DNA from: Collinsella sp.
GTDB lineage: Bacteria; Actinomycetota; Coriobacteriia; Coriobacteriales; Coriobacteriaceae
NCBI GenBank assembly: GCA_048187355.1
Contig: DBEZDO010000069.1
Span: 10,456 to 74,455, forward strand
DNA length: 64,000 nt
Direction: 5' to 3'
This document shows positions 1 to 10,197 of this stretch, piece by piece; position 1 is the stretch's first letter, and the number at the start of each line of letters is the position of its first letter. A program made the position numbers and the translations under genes. A model generated the notes under the pieces. It was not told the DNA's origin and made no database searches. It saw only the letters and a program-made list of their open reading frames with translations.

Positions 1-1349
1 CCAACCTCAAACGGCTTGTAACGCGGCTGCTTAAGGAGCTCAGTCATGCGAGCGCCGTGGGTAAGCTGCTTTTGCGTGGCCTCGTCGAGGTCGGAGCCGA
101 ACTGCGTGAAGCCGGCGAGCTCCTGGTACGAAGCAAGGTCCAGACGGAGGTTGCCGGCGACCTGCTTCATGGCCTTGGTCTGTGCGTCGCCACCGACGCG
201 GGACACGGAAATGCCCACGTCGACTGCCGGGCGCTGGCCCTGGAAGAAGAGCTCGGACTGCAGGTAGATCTGACCATCGGTAATGGAAATGACGTTGGTC
301 GGAATGTAGGCCGAAACGTCGCCGTCCTGGGTCTCGATGATCGGAAGAGCCGTCATGGAGCCATAACCGTTCTTCTTGGACATCTTGACTGCACGCTCGA
401 GCAGACGAGAGTGCAGGTAGAAGATGTCGCCGGGATAGGCCTCGCGTCCGGGCGGACGATGCAGCGTCAGCGACATCTGACGGTAAGCCACAGCCTGCTT
501 GGACAGGTCGTCGTAGATGACGAGCACGTGGCCACCGGGGTTGGTCTCGCTGGCGGGCTTGCCGTCCTCACCGTTGTACATGAAGAACTCGCCGATAGCG
601 GCACCGGCCATAGGCGCGATGTACTGCATAGGGGCGGAATCGGCAGCGGTGGCCGAAACGATGATGGTGTAGTCAAGCGCACCGTGCTGAGCGAGGGTCT
701 CGCGGATGTTGGCAACCGTGGAGGCCTTCTGGCCGATGGCGACATAGATGCAGACCATGCCCTTGCCGCGCTGGTTGAGGATAGCGTCGATGGCGATGGC
801 GGTCTTACCGGTCTTACGGTCGCCGATGATGAGCTCACGCTGACCACGGCCGATAGGCACCATGGAGTCGATGGCCAACAGGCCGGTCTGAACCGGCTCG
901 CACACCGGGGTACGGTCGATAACGCCGGGGGCCTTGAACTCGATGGGGCGACGGTGCGTGGCGACGATGTCACCCAGGCCGTCGATAGGCTGGCCGAGCG
1001 GATTGACGACGCGGCCGAGCATGGCGCGGCTCACGGGGATATCCATAATGCGGCCAGTGGTGCGACACTCGTCGCCTTCCTTGATGGAGTCGACGGCGCC
1101 AAACAGAACGGCGCCGACCTCGTCACGGTCAAGGTTCTGGGCAAGGCCGAAGACGGTCTCACCGGTATCGGAGCTCTTGAACTCCAGAAGCTCGCCTGCC
1201 ATGGCGCTCTTGAGGCCGGAGACGCGCGCGATGCCGTCGCCTACCTCGTCGACCGTTGAAACCTCATGCGTATCGACCGTCGCGGAGAGGCTCGTGAGCT
1301 GCTCCTGCAGTTTCTTGGCGATATCCTGGGCATTGAGGGTTTCGGACAT
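1..1349 (-). CDS. atpA: F1Fo ATP synthase subunit alpha (partial, runs off window start)
   Basis: Minus strand from ATG at 1349 reads MSETLNAQ...[12 protein letters not shown]...[18 protein letters not shown] (Walker A)...[10 protein letters not shown]. Directly follows atpH. Confidence 0.97.
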   Translation of the reverse strand, partial: MSETLNAQDIAKKLQEQLTSLSATVDTHEVSTVDEVGDGIARVSGLKSAMAGELLEFKSSDTGETVFGLAQNLDRDEVGAVLFGAVDSIKEGDECRTTGRIMDIPVSRAMLGRVVNPLGQPIDGLGDIVATHRRPIEFKAPGVIDRTPVCEPVQTGLLAIDSMVPIGRGQRELIIGDRKTGKTAIAIDAILNQRGKGMVCIYVAIGQKASTVANIRETLAQHGALDYTIIVSATAADSAPMQYIAPMAGAAIGEFFMYNGEDGKPASETNPGGHVLVIYDDLSKQAVAYRQMSLTLHRPPGREAYPGDIFYLHSRLLERAVKMSKKNGYGSMTALPIIETQDGDVSAYIPTNVISITDGQIYLQSELFFQGQRPAVDVGISVSRVGGDAQTKAMKQVAGNLRLDLASYQELAGFTQFGSDLDEATQKQLTHGARMTELLKQPRYKPFEV

Positions 1350-1825
1350 TAGGCTTCACCTCCGTACGAATTAGCAGAGTTTACGAGGGTCTCCTGCGCG
1401 ATGCGCAGCTGCGTCTTGACGGAAATGTCACGACGCTCGCCGCGGGCCTCGAGCACCAAGCCGCCCACGATAGACGGGTCGACCTGCTCGATAAGGAATA
1501 CCTTGCGGCCGAAGTCCTGCTCGCATTTCTTAGTGATGGTTTGACGCAGCTCGTCGTCGAGCGGGATCGCCGTGGTGACGGTCACGCCCACTACATCCTC
1601 GTCTTCCTCGGCAACATACTTAAAGGCAGCTGCCACCTTGGGAAGAAGGTCGGGCTGGTCGCGCTTGGACATGGTGTCGAGCACGGCGATGATCTCGGGG
1701 CTGGCAGAAGCCAGGCGCTCGATCATCTCGAGGTCCTCGAACACATGGTTCTCGGCCTTAGCGGCTTCCAGAAGGGAGCGCGCGTAGGTCTCGAGCACCT
1801 TGTCCTGATAGCGGCTAGTCGGCAT
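1349..1825 (-). CDS. atpH: ATP synthase subunit delta
   Basis: YARSLLE N-terminus and [12 protein letters not shown]-terminal delta motif; lies between atpF and atpA. Confidence 0.93.
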   Translation of the reverse strand: MPTSRYQDKVLETYARSLLEAAKAENHVFEDLEMIERLASASPEIIAVLDTMSKRDQPDLLPKVAAAFKYVAEEDEDVVGVTVTTAIPLDDELRQTITKKCEQDFGRKVFLIEQVDPSIVGGLVLEARGERRDISVKTQLRIAQETLVNSANSYGGEA

Positions 1826-2417
1826 TCAGGCTACCTGCTTCCTGGATGTAGCGCTCGATGAGCTTCTTCTGCTCGGCATCGTCCTCGAGTGCCTCGCCCA
1901 CGATCTTGGTGGCGACGGCAACGGACAGGTCGGCAATGGAGCTCGCGGCACCGGCGTAGATGGACTTGCGCTCGTCCTCGACGGTCGTATGGGCCTTGGC
2001 GATGATCTCCTCGGCCTCCTTGTGAGCAGCCTCGATGATACGGGCGCGCTCGGACTCGGCGTCCTTACGGGCCTCGAGAACAATGTCGGCAGCCTGACGA
2101 CGGGCGTCGGTGACGATCGAGTCGGACTCAGCGCGCTTGGCGATAGCCTCCTGCTTGGTCTTCTCGGCCTCGTCGAGGCTCTCCTCGATCTTCTTGCCGC
2201 GCTCCTCCATGGTCTTCATGATGCCCGGCAGGGCGACCTTGGCCAGCACGATCCAGATAATCAGGAAGGCGATAAGCGCCGGGATGAACTCCGCCATCTT
2301 AGGGATGAGGATGTCCGCACCGGCAGCGCCGTCCTCGGCGAACGCGGAAACCGGCATGAGCAGCGCGGCCGCGGACGCGGAGAGTGCGATCGCGCTCTTC
2401 TGGGATGAAAGATTCAT
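1815..2417 (-). CDS. atpF: ATP synthase Fo subunit b
   Basis: One TM helix, then PGIMKTMEERGKKIEESL and an Ala/Glu-rich coiled coil; operon position. Confidence 0.95.
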   Translation of the reverse strand: MNLSSQKSAIALSASAAALLMPVSAFAEDGAAGADILIPKMAEFIPALIAFLIIWIVLAKVALPGIMKTMEERGKKIEESLDEAEKTKQEAIAKRAESDSIVTDARRQAADIVLEARKDAESERARIIEAAHKEAEEIIAKAHTTVEDERKSIYAGAASSIADLSVAVATKIVGEALEDDAEQKKLIERYIQEAGSLNAD

Positions 2418-2432
2418 ACTTGACGCTCCGTG

Positions 2433-2627
2433 CTATTTAACGATCAGCGCGACAACGAAGCCGATCAGAGCCAGAGCCTCGCCGAAGGCGGAGCCCATGA
2501 TGAAGACGGTGAACACGCGGCCCTGGACCTCAGGCTGACGGGCCATAGCACCCGTAGCACCCAGAGCAGACAGGCCGATAGCAAGACCAGCGCCGATAAC
2601 ACCGAGACCGTAACCGATAACTCCCAC
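2433..2627 (-). CDS. atpE: ATP synthase Fo subunit c
   Basis: GxGxG-rich helix, ARQPE loop and conserved Glu in FGEALAL; AGGAGG RBS before the GTG start. Confidence 0.96.
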   Translation of the reverse strand: MGVIGYGLGVIGAGLAIGLSALGATGAMARQPEVQGRVFTVFIMGSAFGEALALIGFVVALIVK

Positions 2628-2751
2628 GATTCCTCCTTTGTCGTGCGTGTCTTATTTCACGCAGGATAACCTTTTTATAACTGCCGGGCTCCATGGGTAC
2701 GGGCACCGGCGGTTTAACGAATTACCTTACCTTTAAGGCGCGAACGGAAGA

Positions 2752-3555
2752 CTACTCCTCCTCCGCGACCTCCTCTGCCTCGGAGACATACACGGCGGTA
2801 AGGACCGTGAAGACGTAAGCCTGGATGGCGCCGACCACAAGCTCGATCGCATAGATCAGGATGAGGATGGCAAGCCAGGCTAGCGAAGGCAGGGCGCCGA
2901 CGGCGTGGGCCGCGGAAACCTGCTGAAGCAGCGGCTGCATGAACATGCTCGCCATGATGGCGAACGAGCCCATGACCACGTGTCCTGCGAACATGTTGCA
3001 GAACAGACGGACGGCGAGCGTGATGAGGCGCAGGAAGGTCGAGAAAAGCTCGACGACCCACACGAGCACGTTCATCGGGAAGCTCACGCCCTGCGGGGCG
3101 AGGCTCTTGATGTAGCCGATCACGCCGTGAGCCTTGCATCCGTAGTAGATGAAGTACACAAAGGCGAAGATGGCGAGCGCGGCGGTGGAGCCGATTGCGC
3201 CGGTGCCGGGCTTCATTCCCGGGATCAGGCCGATCATGTTGTTGATCAGGATGAACAGGAAAAGCGAGCACAGGAACGGGAAGTGCTTCTTCCAGTTCTC
3301 ACCCACGACGCCCTTGCCGATATCGTTCTCGACGTACTCGATGATGTACTCGAAACCGTTGACGAAGAAGCCCTTGGGAACCAGGGTCTGCTTCTTCTTG
3401 AACACGGCCAGGACGATCAGGAGCACGATCGTGGAGACGATCAGCCAAAACGAGTACTGCGTGATGCCGCAGCTCAGATCGCCCACGACAGGGGTGGAGC
3501 TGAACTCGCTGACCAGATGATTAATCTCATCAGGCAGCTTTTCAAAAATTTCCAC
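2752..3555 (-). CDS. atpB: ATP synthase Fo subunit a
   Basis: LAVRLFCNMFAGH and IQAYVFTVL motifs. Confidence 0.96.
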   Translation of the reverse strand: MEIFEKLPDEINHLVSEFSSTPVVGDLSCGITQYSFWLIVSTIVLLIVLAVFKKKQTLVPKGFFVNGFEYIIEYVENDIGKGVVGENWKKHFPFLCSLFLFILINNMIGLIPGMKPGTGAIGSTAALAIFAFVYFIYYGCKAHGVIGYIKSLAPQGVSFPMNVLVWVVELFSTFLRLITLAVRLFCNMFAGHVVMGSFAIMASMFMQPLLQQVSAAHAVGALPSLAWLAILILIYAIELVVGAIQAYVFTVLTAVYVSEAEEVAEEE

Positions 3556-3558
3556 GAC

Positions 3559-3870
3559 TTACCTTTCGACCTCATGAGGATCTCGCAGCGCCTTGGCGAC
3601 GCGAACCGTGCAGGCGGCCATAAAGGCCACGAAGCCGATCGCCTCGCCCAGGAGGAACATGCGAAATGCCTCTCCGAACAACACAAACACAACCAAGGTA
3701 AAGACGAGCAGGGCGATTGCCGAGACCGCCAGACTCACCATACCCTTGAGCATGTCCGCATTCTGTTTATCGTCAAGAACCGGCTTGAGCGTAAAGACAA
3801 AGGGAAGGAAGGCAATTGCGCCCGCGATGGCGCCTGCAACGATAGCGAGCAGATCGGCTATCTGAAACAC
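3559..3870 (-). CDS. Small membrane protein in the AtpI position
   Basis: Three hydrophobic segments; first gene of the atp operon; GTG at 3870 with GAGGA RBS. Confidence 0.6.
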   Translation of the reverse strand: MFQIADLLAIVAGAIAGAIAFLPFVFTLKPVLDDKQNADMLKGMVSLAVSAIALLVFTLVVFVLFGEAFRMFLLGEAIGFVAFMAACTVRVAKALRDPHEVER

Positions 3871-4151
3871 TGGCGTCCTCACTTTCCTTTTTAACGCTTC
3901 ACAGAACAGTTCCCGCCAAACATTGGTGACTATTGTACGAGCCAATCGCTAAAGTACAACCGAAAAAGCATCGGTTAATACGCACCTGTTCGTTTTCTTA
4001 AGACCTTCTTTATGCCGCAGGTACGGTAATACGTTTTTCTCGAACCCTGCAGGGCAAAACGTCCGTTAACAGGAGTGCGCGCGGTCGCCTTTTGTTCGTC
4101 CGCGCGCACCGTTTCTTCGTATTTGCAGCCGCGGCCATCTTAGCCCAGCGA

Positions 4152-4799
4152 CTAGAGCGTGCCGTAGATGCGGTCGCCGGCGTCGCCCAGGCCGGGAACG
4201 ATGTAGGCAGCCTCGTTGAGATGGTCGTCGATGGCGCAGGTATAGATATGCACATCAGGGTCCTTCTCAGTCAGCGACTTGAGGCCCTCGGGGGCCGCGA
4301 CGATGCACAGCATGCGGATGTCCTTGACACCGCGCTCGCGCAGGTAGCTAATGGCCATCTCGGCCGAACCGCCCGTGGCGAGCATGGGGTCGACGACCAG
4401 GCAGATGCGCTGGTCGATATCCTTGGGCATCTTGCAGTAATACTCGTGCGGCTCGTGGGTGACCTCGTCGCGCTCCATGCCGATGTGGCCCACGCGAGCG
4501 GAGGGCACCAGGTCGAGGATGCCGTCGACCATGCCAAGGCCCGCACGCAGGATGGGCACGATGGCGAGTTTCTTGCCGGCGAGCTGTTTGAACGTGGCGG
4601 TAGTGATGGGGGTCTCGACCTCGACGTCTTCCATAGGCAGGTCGCGCATGGCCTCGTAGCCGTCAAAAAGTGCGAGTTCGCGCACGAGCTGACGGAACTG
4701 GTTGGTGCCGGTGTTTTTGTCGCGCAGGATCGACAGCTTGTGCTGGACGAGCGGGTGATCGACAAGCGTCACACGGGACGCATCGTAGGTGACGGTCAT
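4152..4799 (-). CDS. upp: Uracil phosphoribosyltransferase
   Basis: [27 protein letters not shown] and [12 protein letters not shown] motifs. Confidence 0.97.
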   Translation of the reverse strand: MTVTYDASRVTLVDHPLVQHKLSILRDKNTGTNQFRQLVRELALFDGYEAMRDLPMEDVEVETPITTATFKQLAGKKLAIVPILRAGLGMVDGILDLVPSARVGHIGMERDEVTHEPHEYYCKMPKDIDQRICLVVDPMLATGGSAEMAISYLRERGVKDIRMLCIVAAPEGLKSLTEKDPDVHIYTCAIDDHLNEAAYIVPGLGDAGDRIYGTL

Positions 4800-4922
4800 G
4801 GATTGATTGCCCCTTTCGTTGCGGCCGCAAAACGGCCTTGCTGACAAGGCGTGCAGCAATGTTGCCGCCGCACGCCATGCATTAGTTTAGCGGTTTGTTG
4901 TATCGAGCAGCCCATCGCAGCC

Positions 4923-6464
4923 CTACTGTGCGGTGCTGAGCGAGCGCCTGGCTGCATCACGCCAGCCCGCAAGGTTTTGCTCGCGGCGCTCGGCGGACAT
5001 GTGGGGAAGGAAGGTCCTAACGATCTGGGCATTTTGCTCCAGCTCCTCCAGGTCTTCCCAATAGCCGACGGCAAGACCCGCCAAGTACGCGGCACCGATT
5101 GCCGTGGTCTCCACCGTCTCGCATTGCAGCACGGGGATATCCAGCAGGTCGGCCTGGAATTGCATGATGAACTCGTTGCGCGAGGCACCGCCATCGACGG
5201 ACAGGCGCTCAATCGAAAGCCCCACGTCCTGCTCCATGGCGCGCAGCACGTCGTAGCTCTGATATGCCATGGATTCGCAGGCGGCACGTACGATGGTCGC
5301 ACGGCTCGAGGCGCCGGTCAGACCGCACACAATACCGCGGGCATGCGGGTCCCACCAGGGAGCACCCAAACCCGCAAAGGCGGGAACGAAGTAGCAGCCC
5401 TCGTTGTCGCTAATCGAAGCGGCGAGTTGTGCCGACTCGCTCACGCTCGAGATGATGCCCATGTTGTTGCGAAGCCAGTTCATCGTTGAGCCGGCGGCAA
5501 AAATAGAGCCCTCGAGCGCATAGCTGACTTTGCCGTCCGCAGCGATACCGATGGTGGAGACCAGGCCATTCTTGGATTCGACGATCTCGTCGCCGGTGTT
5601 CATGAGCATAAAGCAGCCCGTGCCATAGGTGTTTTTGGTCTGGCCGGGACGGAAACAGCAGTGACCGAACAGCGATGCCTGCTGGTCGCCCGCCACACCC
5701 ATGATGGGCGGCATGTTGGTCATGATGTCGCTCGCGACGCGGCCGTAGTCGCCCGAGCTCCAGCGAACCTCGGGCATCATGGAACGTGGAACGTCAAAGA
5801 GCGCCAGCAGGTCGTCGTCCCAATCGAGCGTATGGATATTAAAGAGTGCCGTGCGGCTGGCATTGGTGTAGTCGGTGGCAAAGACCTGGCCGCCGGTGAG
5901 GTTGTAGATGAGCCAGGTGTCGATGGTGCCAAACATGAGGTCGCCCGCCGCCGCGCTCTCGCGTGCGCCGTCGACGTTGTCGAGAATCCACTGCACCTTG
6001 GAGGCCGAGAAATACGGGTCAAGCGTAAGTCCCGTGCGGGAGCGCACCAGCTCCTCGCAACCCTGTTCAACCAACGCGTCGATCGCCGGCGCGGTACGAC
6101 GGCACTGCCATACGATGGCGTTATAGATGGGCTGGCCGCTCACGCGGTCCCAGACCACCGTGGTCTCGCGCTGGTTGGAGATGCCGATGGCGGCGATGCG
6201 GTCGGAATGGATACCGCTCTTAAACTGAACCTCCATCATCACGCCGATCTGGCTGGCAAGCACCTCCGTGGGATCCTGCTCCACCCAGCCGGGGCGCGGG
6301 AAGCTGGTTTTGACGCTACGACGCGCCTGGGCAACGATGCAGCCGTATTCGTCGACAATGGCCGCGAGTACCGAGGTAGTGCCGCAGTCGAGCGCCATGA
6401 TGTAGGAACCGCCAAAGTTAAACGAGGCATCTTCCATGCCCAGGCTGCCCAGATTCAAAGACAT
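4923..6464 (-). CDS. glpK: Glycerol kinase
   Basis: DCGTTS, GWVEQDP, NQRETT, GDQQA, KNTYGTGCF and VDGG motifs. Confidence 0.93.
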   Translation of the reverse strand: MSLNLGSLGMEDASFNFGGSYIMALDCGTTSVLAAIVDEYGCIVAQARRSVKTSFPRPGWVEQDPTEVLASQIGVMMEVQFKSGIHSDRIAAIGISNQRETTVVWDRVSGQPIYNAIVWQCRRTAPAIDALVEQGCEELVRSRTGLTLDPYFSASKVQWILDNVDGARESAAAGDLMFGTIDTWLIYNLTGGQVFATDYTNASRTALFNIHTLDWDDDLLALFDVPRSMMPEVRWSSGDYGRVASDIMTNMPPIMGVAGDQQASLFGHCCFRPGQTKNTYGTGCFMLMNTGDEIVESKNGLVSTIGIAADGKVSYALEGSIFAAGSTMNWLRNNMGIISSVSESAQLAASISDNEGCYFVPAFAGLGAPWWDPHARGIVCGLTGASSRATIVRAACESMAYQSYDVLRAMEQDVGLSIERLSVDGGASRNEFIMQFQADLLDIPVLQCETVETTAIGAAYLAGLAVGYWEDLEELEQNAQIVRTFLPHMSAERREQNLAGWRDAARRSLSTAQ

Positions 6465-6477
6465 CGCTTACACCCTT

Positions 6478-7221
6478 CTATTGCATCGGGTCGGACAGGA
6501 CCCGCTCGATCTCTGATGCGGGAAGTGCGCCTTGGCGCAGGATCTGGAGCCCGCCGTGCTGGAACGACACGATGGTCGAGGCGTCGCGACACGGGGTCTC
6601 ACCGGCGTCGACGGCAACATCGACCCCCTCCAGGATGCGACCCTCGACGGCGGCAAAGCTTGCCGGCGAAGGCGCGCCGTGCGTGTTGGCGCTCGTGCAG
6701 GCAAGGGGACTGCCGCAGGCGCGGATGAGCGCTTGGACCACGGGAGAGGCCGAAGCGCGCAGGGCCACGGTGTCGTCGGCAGCGCGCATAAAGGTCGGCA
6801 CGCAGGGGCATGCCTTGACCACGATAGTCAGGGCTCCCGGCCAGCATCGTCGCGCGAGTACGCGGGCATCTTCCGGGATATCCACGCCATAGCGGTCGAG
6901 TGCTTCGACGCCATCGACCAGCCAAGCGACGGTTTGCGTGAGCTCACGTTGCTTGAGAGTGAAGATACGGCGATAGCCGGTGCCGAGCGCAGGAACTGCG
7001 GCGCCATTGACGGCAGCCTGCGGATCGCGCGGCCACGATGGGAATTCGCTTGTATCTTGGGGCACGGCGTCCGAGAAGGCGTTGACTGCCACGGCAACAC
7101 CGTAGACGGTCTCGGTCGGAATCAAGGCCAGGCCGCCGCGGCCGAGCACCTCGGCCGTGCGCTCGACGGCAAGCCGATGCGGCTCGCGCGTTCCCTCGTA
7201 TACCCGATAGACCGTCTGCAT
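6478..7221 (-). CDS. tsaC: Threonylcarbamoyl-AMP synthase (Sua5/YrdC/TsaC family)
   Basis: PTETVYG, WPGALT, TSAN and STIV...RQGA motifs. Confidence 0.9.
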   Translation of the reverse strand: MQTVYRVYEGTREPHRLAVERTAEVLGRGGLALIPTETVYGVAVAVNAFSDAVPQDTSEFPSWPRDPQAAVNGAAVPALGTGYRRIFTLKQRELTQTVAWLVDGVEALDRYGVDIPEDARVLARRCWPGALTIVVKACPCVPTFMRAADDTVALRASASPVVQALIRACGSPLACTSANTHGAPSPASFAAVEGRILEGVDVAVDAGETPCRDASTIVSFQHGGLQILRQGALPASEIERVLSDPMQ

Positions 7222-7369
7222 GTGTATGCCAGCCCCTTACGCTCCGGTGCAAGTTTGTTTACTGTGGGGCATTCTCGCACGAAACATTCAACCTATTTGC
7301 CCAGAGCGCATGTTGGTTTGGTGAGCGGCTCTAGTAGTCGGTGAAAGTGAGGGGGTTAATTGAAGATTT

Positions 7370-7672
7370 TTAGCGCGCAAGCGTAACGGTACGATCGGGA
7401 AACTCGATGCTTGCAACCAGTTTTCCGCCGAGGCTCTCTGCGTACCTGCTCAGCGTGTCGAGCCTCATCGAACCCAACTCCCCACGCTCGAGCTCGGATA
7501 CACGTTTTTGAGAAACGCCCATCGACTGGGCGACCGACGCCTGTGTTAGATCTTTTAACCTGCGAATCTGAGCAAGCTTATAGGCTTCGATACGATCGCG
7601 AGTCCTCTCCTGCTCGGCGGTAATGGAGTCGCGTGTTATCCCGCGAGATTCCATATACTCATGCAGTTCCAT
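7370..7672 (-). CDS. XRE-family HTH antitoxin (HigA-like)
   Basis: LTQASVAQSMGVSQKRVSELERG helix-turn-helix; overlaps the upstream toxin gene. Confidence 0.85.
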   Translation of the reverse strand: MELHEYMESRGITRDSITAEQERTRDRIEAYKLAQIRRLKDLTQASVAQSMGVSQKRVSELERGELGSMRLDTLSRYAESLGGKLVASIEFPDRTVTLAR

Positions 7673-8054
7673 CTCGATCGAGCCTCCTTACGTGGCGACG
7701 GTATATTTGCTCGGCCCTTGGAATGTTGATCGCATACCAACCGTTCCATTTTGCCCTTGACGATCCCGCTCGCGACTTATCACCCGCCAATAGCAATACC
7801 GCCTGGCGCTTGGGGTCAAAGGCGAAGAGGATGCGAATCACCTGCCCACCACACGACGTCACTCTCAGCTCCTTTAAATGATGAAGCTTCGAGCCCTTTA
7901 CGCGGTCAACCAGCGGACGACCAAGGCTGGGACCTTCCTTCTCGAGCACCAAAAGGTCTGCATAAATCTGCTTCAGCGTAGCTTCATCCTGCTCATCAAG
8001 CCAAGGTTCAATGTAATCAAGCACGATACGGTACCGATACAGCTGATTTGACAT
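7659..8054 (-). CDS. RelE/HigB-like (Gp49-type) toxin
   Basis: GPSLGRPLVDRVKGS..LKELR and RILFAFDPKRQAVLLLAGDK; toxin-first order. Confidence 0.85.
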   Translation of the reverse strand: MSNQLYRYRIVLDYIEPWLDEQDEATLKQIYADLLVLEKEGPSLGRPLVDRVKGSKLHHLKELRVTSCGGQVIRILFAFDPKRQAVLLLAGDKSRAGSSRAKWNGWYAINIPRAEQIYRRHVRRLDRDGTA

Positions 8055-8129
8055 ACCTTTCTCCTTCTATAGTAGAAGTTTTACGGTATATTGCAAGGAC
8101 AAATTTGCGCAAATGTCTATTTGTTCAGC

Positions 8130-9380
8130 TTAAATACGCTGTTTGGGCTCGGTGACGATGGCTCGGACGATGCGGGGGCGATCGGTGAGGTCGCGGACGA
8201 TGCACACGTCCGACAGACCCGCTTGACGACAGAGCTCGGCCGCGGCATCGAGGGCGCCCTCGTAGAGCTCGCAGGCAAACAGGCCGCCGGCGCGCAACAT
8301 GTAGGGCGCCGCATTGAGCAGGCGGCGGAAGATATCGAGGCCGTCGGCGCCGCCCTCAAGCGCCAGGTCGGGCTCGAAGTCCTTGACCTCATGCGGCAGT
8401 GAGCGCATGACGTCGGTCGGAATGTAGGGCGGATTGGAGACAAGCACATCAAAGGTACCCCACTCTTCGCGGGGAATGGAACTCACCAGGTTGGTGAGGC
8501 TAAAGACGACCTCATCGGATGTGAGACCGAGCGCGTCGCGGTTTTTGGTGGCCAGATCGATAGCGCGCGGCTCGATATCGGTGGCGGTGCAGGTAACGTG
8601 GCCGCGGCGCTCCCAGGCAAGGGAGAGCGAGATGCAGCCCGTGCCGCAGCCGACCTCGAGAACGCGGGCGATGCGGGGCTCGGCTGGGGCAGGCGAAGCG
8701 GCATCCTGAGCTGAAGCCGTCTCCTGGTCGGCACCCTCGATGGCGATGCCGTATTCGTCGAGCTCGGACTCGGCGGCTTCCGCGACTTCGGCTTCTGCTG
8801 CCTGCGCGGCGGCTTCCTCGGCCTCGCGGTCGGCCAGCTCCTCGGCATAGGCACGGCTGCCGAGCACGTCGCTGCCTAGCGCCGCCTCATCGGCGGCCGT
8901 CAGGTTAGCGGCACGGCGCTCGACAGTCGCGCGCTCGTCGGCCAGCGCCGCCTCGGCTTTGCGGGCCTCTTCGACCTCATCGTTCCAAGGCAGCTCAACA
9001 CGCTGACGGGCAGCAGCCTCGGGGCTCAGCACCTCGGCATCCAGATAATTGAGGACTTCCTCGACGAGCATCTCGGTTTCGGGGCGCGGAATGAGCACAC
9101 CGGGGGCGCACGCGACGTCGATCATGCGAAACTGCGTGCTGCCGGTGATGTACTGTAGCGGCTCGCCTTTGGCGCGACGAACGACGGCCGCATGCATGGT
9201 CTCGAGCTGGGCCGCGTTAAGCGTCTCGTCCATACGCATATATAGGTCAATGCGCGCCAGGCCCGTGGCGGCGCACAGCAGCCACTCGGCAGAAAGACGG
9301 GGGTGCTCCTCGCCGCGCTCGGCCAGGTACTCCTTGGTCCACTCGAGACAACGCTTGATGGTCCAGATCTCGTTTGCCAT
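8130..9380 (-). CDS. prmC: Release factor glutamine methyltransferase with a long acidic insertion
   Basis: EPLQYITG, LIPRPETE, EVGCGTG and VSNPPY motifs; downstream of prfA. Confidence 0.93.
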   Translation of the reverse strand: MANEIWTIKRCLEWTKEYLAERGEEHPRLSAEWLLCAATGLARIDLYMRMDETLNAAQLETMHAAVVRRAKGEPLQYITGSTQFRMIDVACAPGVLIPRPETEMLVEEVLNYLDAEVLSPEAAARQRVELPWNDEVEEARKAEAALADERATVERRAANLTAADEAALGSDVLGSRAYAEELADREAEEAAAQAAEAEVAEAAESELDEYGIAIEGADQETASAQDAASPAPAEPRIARVLEVGCGTGCISLSLAWERRGHVTCTATDIEPRAIDLATKNRDALGLTSDEVVFSLTNLVSSIPREEWGTFDVLVSNPPYIPTDVMRSLPHEVKDFEPDLALEGGADGLDIFRRLLNAAPYMLRAGGLFACELYEGALDAAAELCRQAGLSDVCIVRDLTDRPRIVRAIVTEPKQRI

Positions 9381-9770
9381 GGGGCCCTCCCCTCTTAAGC
9401 GCCGGACGGCGCGCGAATGTCGGAGCAGATTGTACGCGAGGCCAGCGCATGGCAAGGGGCGATTGAAGGCGATTATCGAGAATCAGCCCAGAATTTTGCT
9501 TGGAACCTGCCTAAAATGTTCATTCGTCGACGTCTAAATCTGCATTCGTCAAGCTTTTGGCAAGGTTGCCCCAAAACTGACCAATACCTAACCAAATACT
9601 TGCCACATCGCTTGACGCGCGACGCGCCAAAAAGGGCTCCACGACTTCTTGGACGACTTCTCGAGTAATATTTTCAATTGCAGATGCATACCGTTAATTG
9701 CTTTAAGCAGGTAAGCAGCCCAAAGGCCATCACAGCTGATTGAATAATATCTCAAAGCAATGTGCCCAAC

Positions 9771-9828
9771 CTAGTCATTGGGGACGTTCTTAAACAACTA
9801 GTCAAACAAGAACGTCCCCAATGACTAG
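9771..9828. repeat. REP-like palindrome family B (TAGTCRTTGGGGACGTTCTT...AAGAACGTCCCCAAYGACTA), copy 1
   Basis: Near-identical copies at 11471-11526 and 24851-24906. Confidence 0.9.
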
Positions 9829-9843
9829 TCAGCCAGATGCCCA

Positions 9844-9955
9844 GGGTAGTCTTTCTGGGACGGGGCTTTTTTAGCTGCCCAATCCGGAACCCTCGAAGCT
9901 TGAGCACTATTTGAGATAAAGCAGCTAAAAAAGCCCCGTCCCAGAAAGACTACCC
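9844..9955. repeat. Perfect 35-bp inverted repeat (family C, TTTCTGGGACGGGGCTTTTTTAGCT) around a 42-bp spacer
   Basis: 9844-9878 is the reverse complement of 9921-9955; related sequence at 29553-29648 and 35690-35720. Confidence 0.9.
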
Positions 9956-10052
9956 AACAAGGAGTGTCCCAAAGTGCCGGCACAAAAGGAACGTCCCTAA
10001 CTGCCGCCTTCGGCAGCGATGGCAACCCCACAGGTTGAGCATAAGTCAGCGA

Positions 10053-10197
10053 AAACGCCCCTAAGCGAGCAAGGTGACGTGAAAGAGGAGGGAAGCGTAC
10101 TTCGGTACGCGACCGACGATTGAACGTCAGATTGCCGCTTAGGGGCGTTTGCAGCGTCGAGCCTTTACGCGGTTTGGTAAAACCGCGTAACCCACTA
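10053..10197. repeat. Long hairpin element plus family D repeat (ATTGCCGCT..GCAGCGTCGA..hairpin..CTA)
   Basis: Inverted repeat 10053-10067/10136-10150 with a central GCGTACTTCGGTACGC; 10120-10197 closely matches 24921-24997. Confidence 0.8.

Noticed and set aside
57..1259. Long + strand ORF, and similar long antisense ORFs (12046-14019, 25519-27468, 37641-40250, 51361-53220, 54604-56448)
   Set aside because: Shadow ORFs opposite well-supported genes, expected in high-GC DNA.
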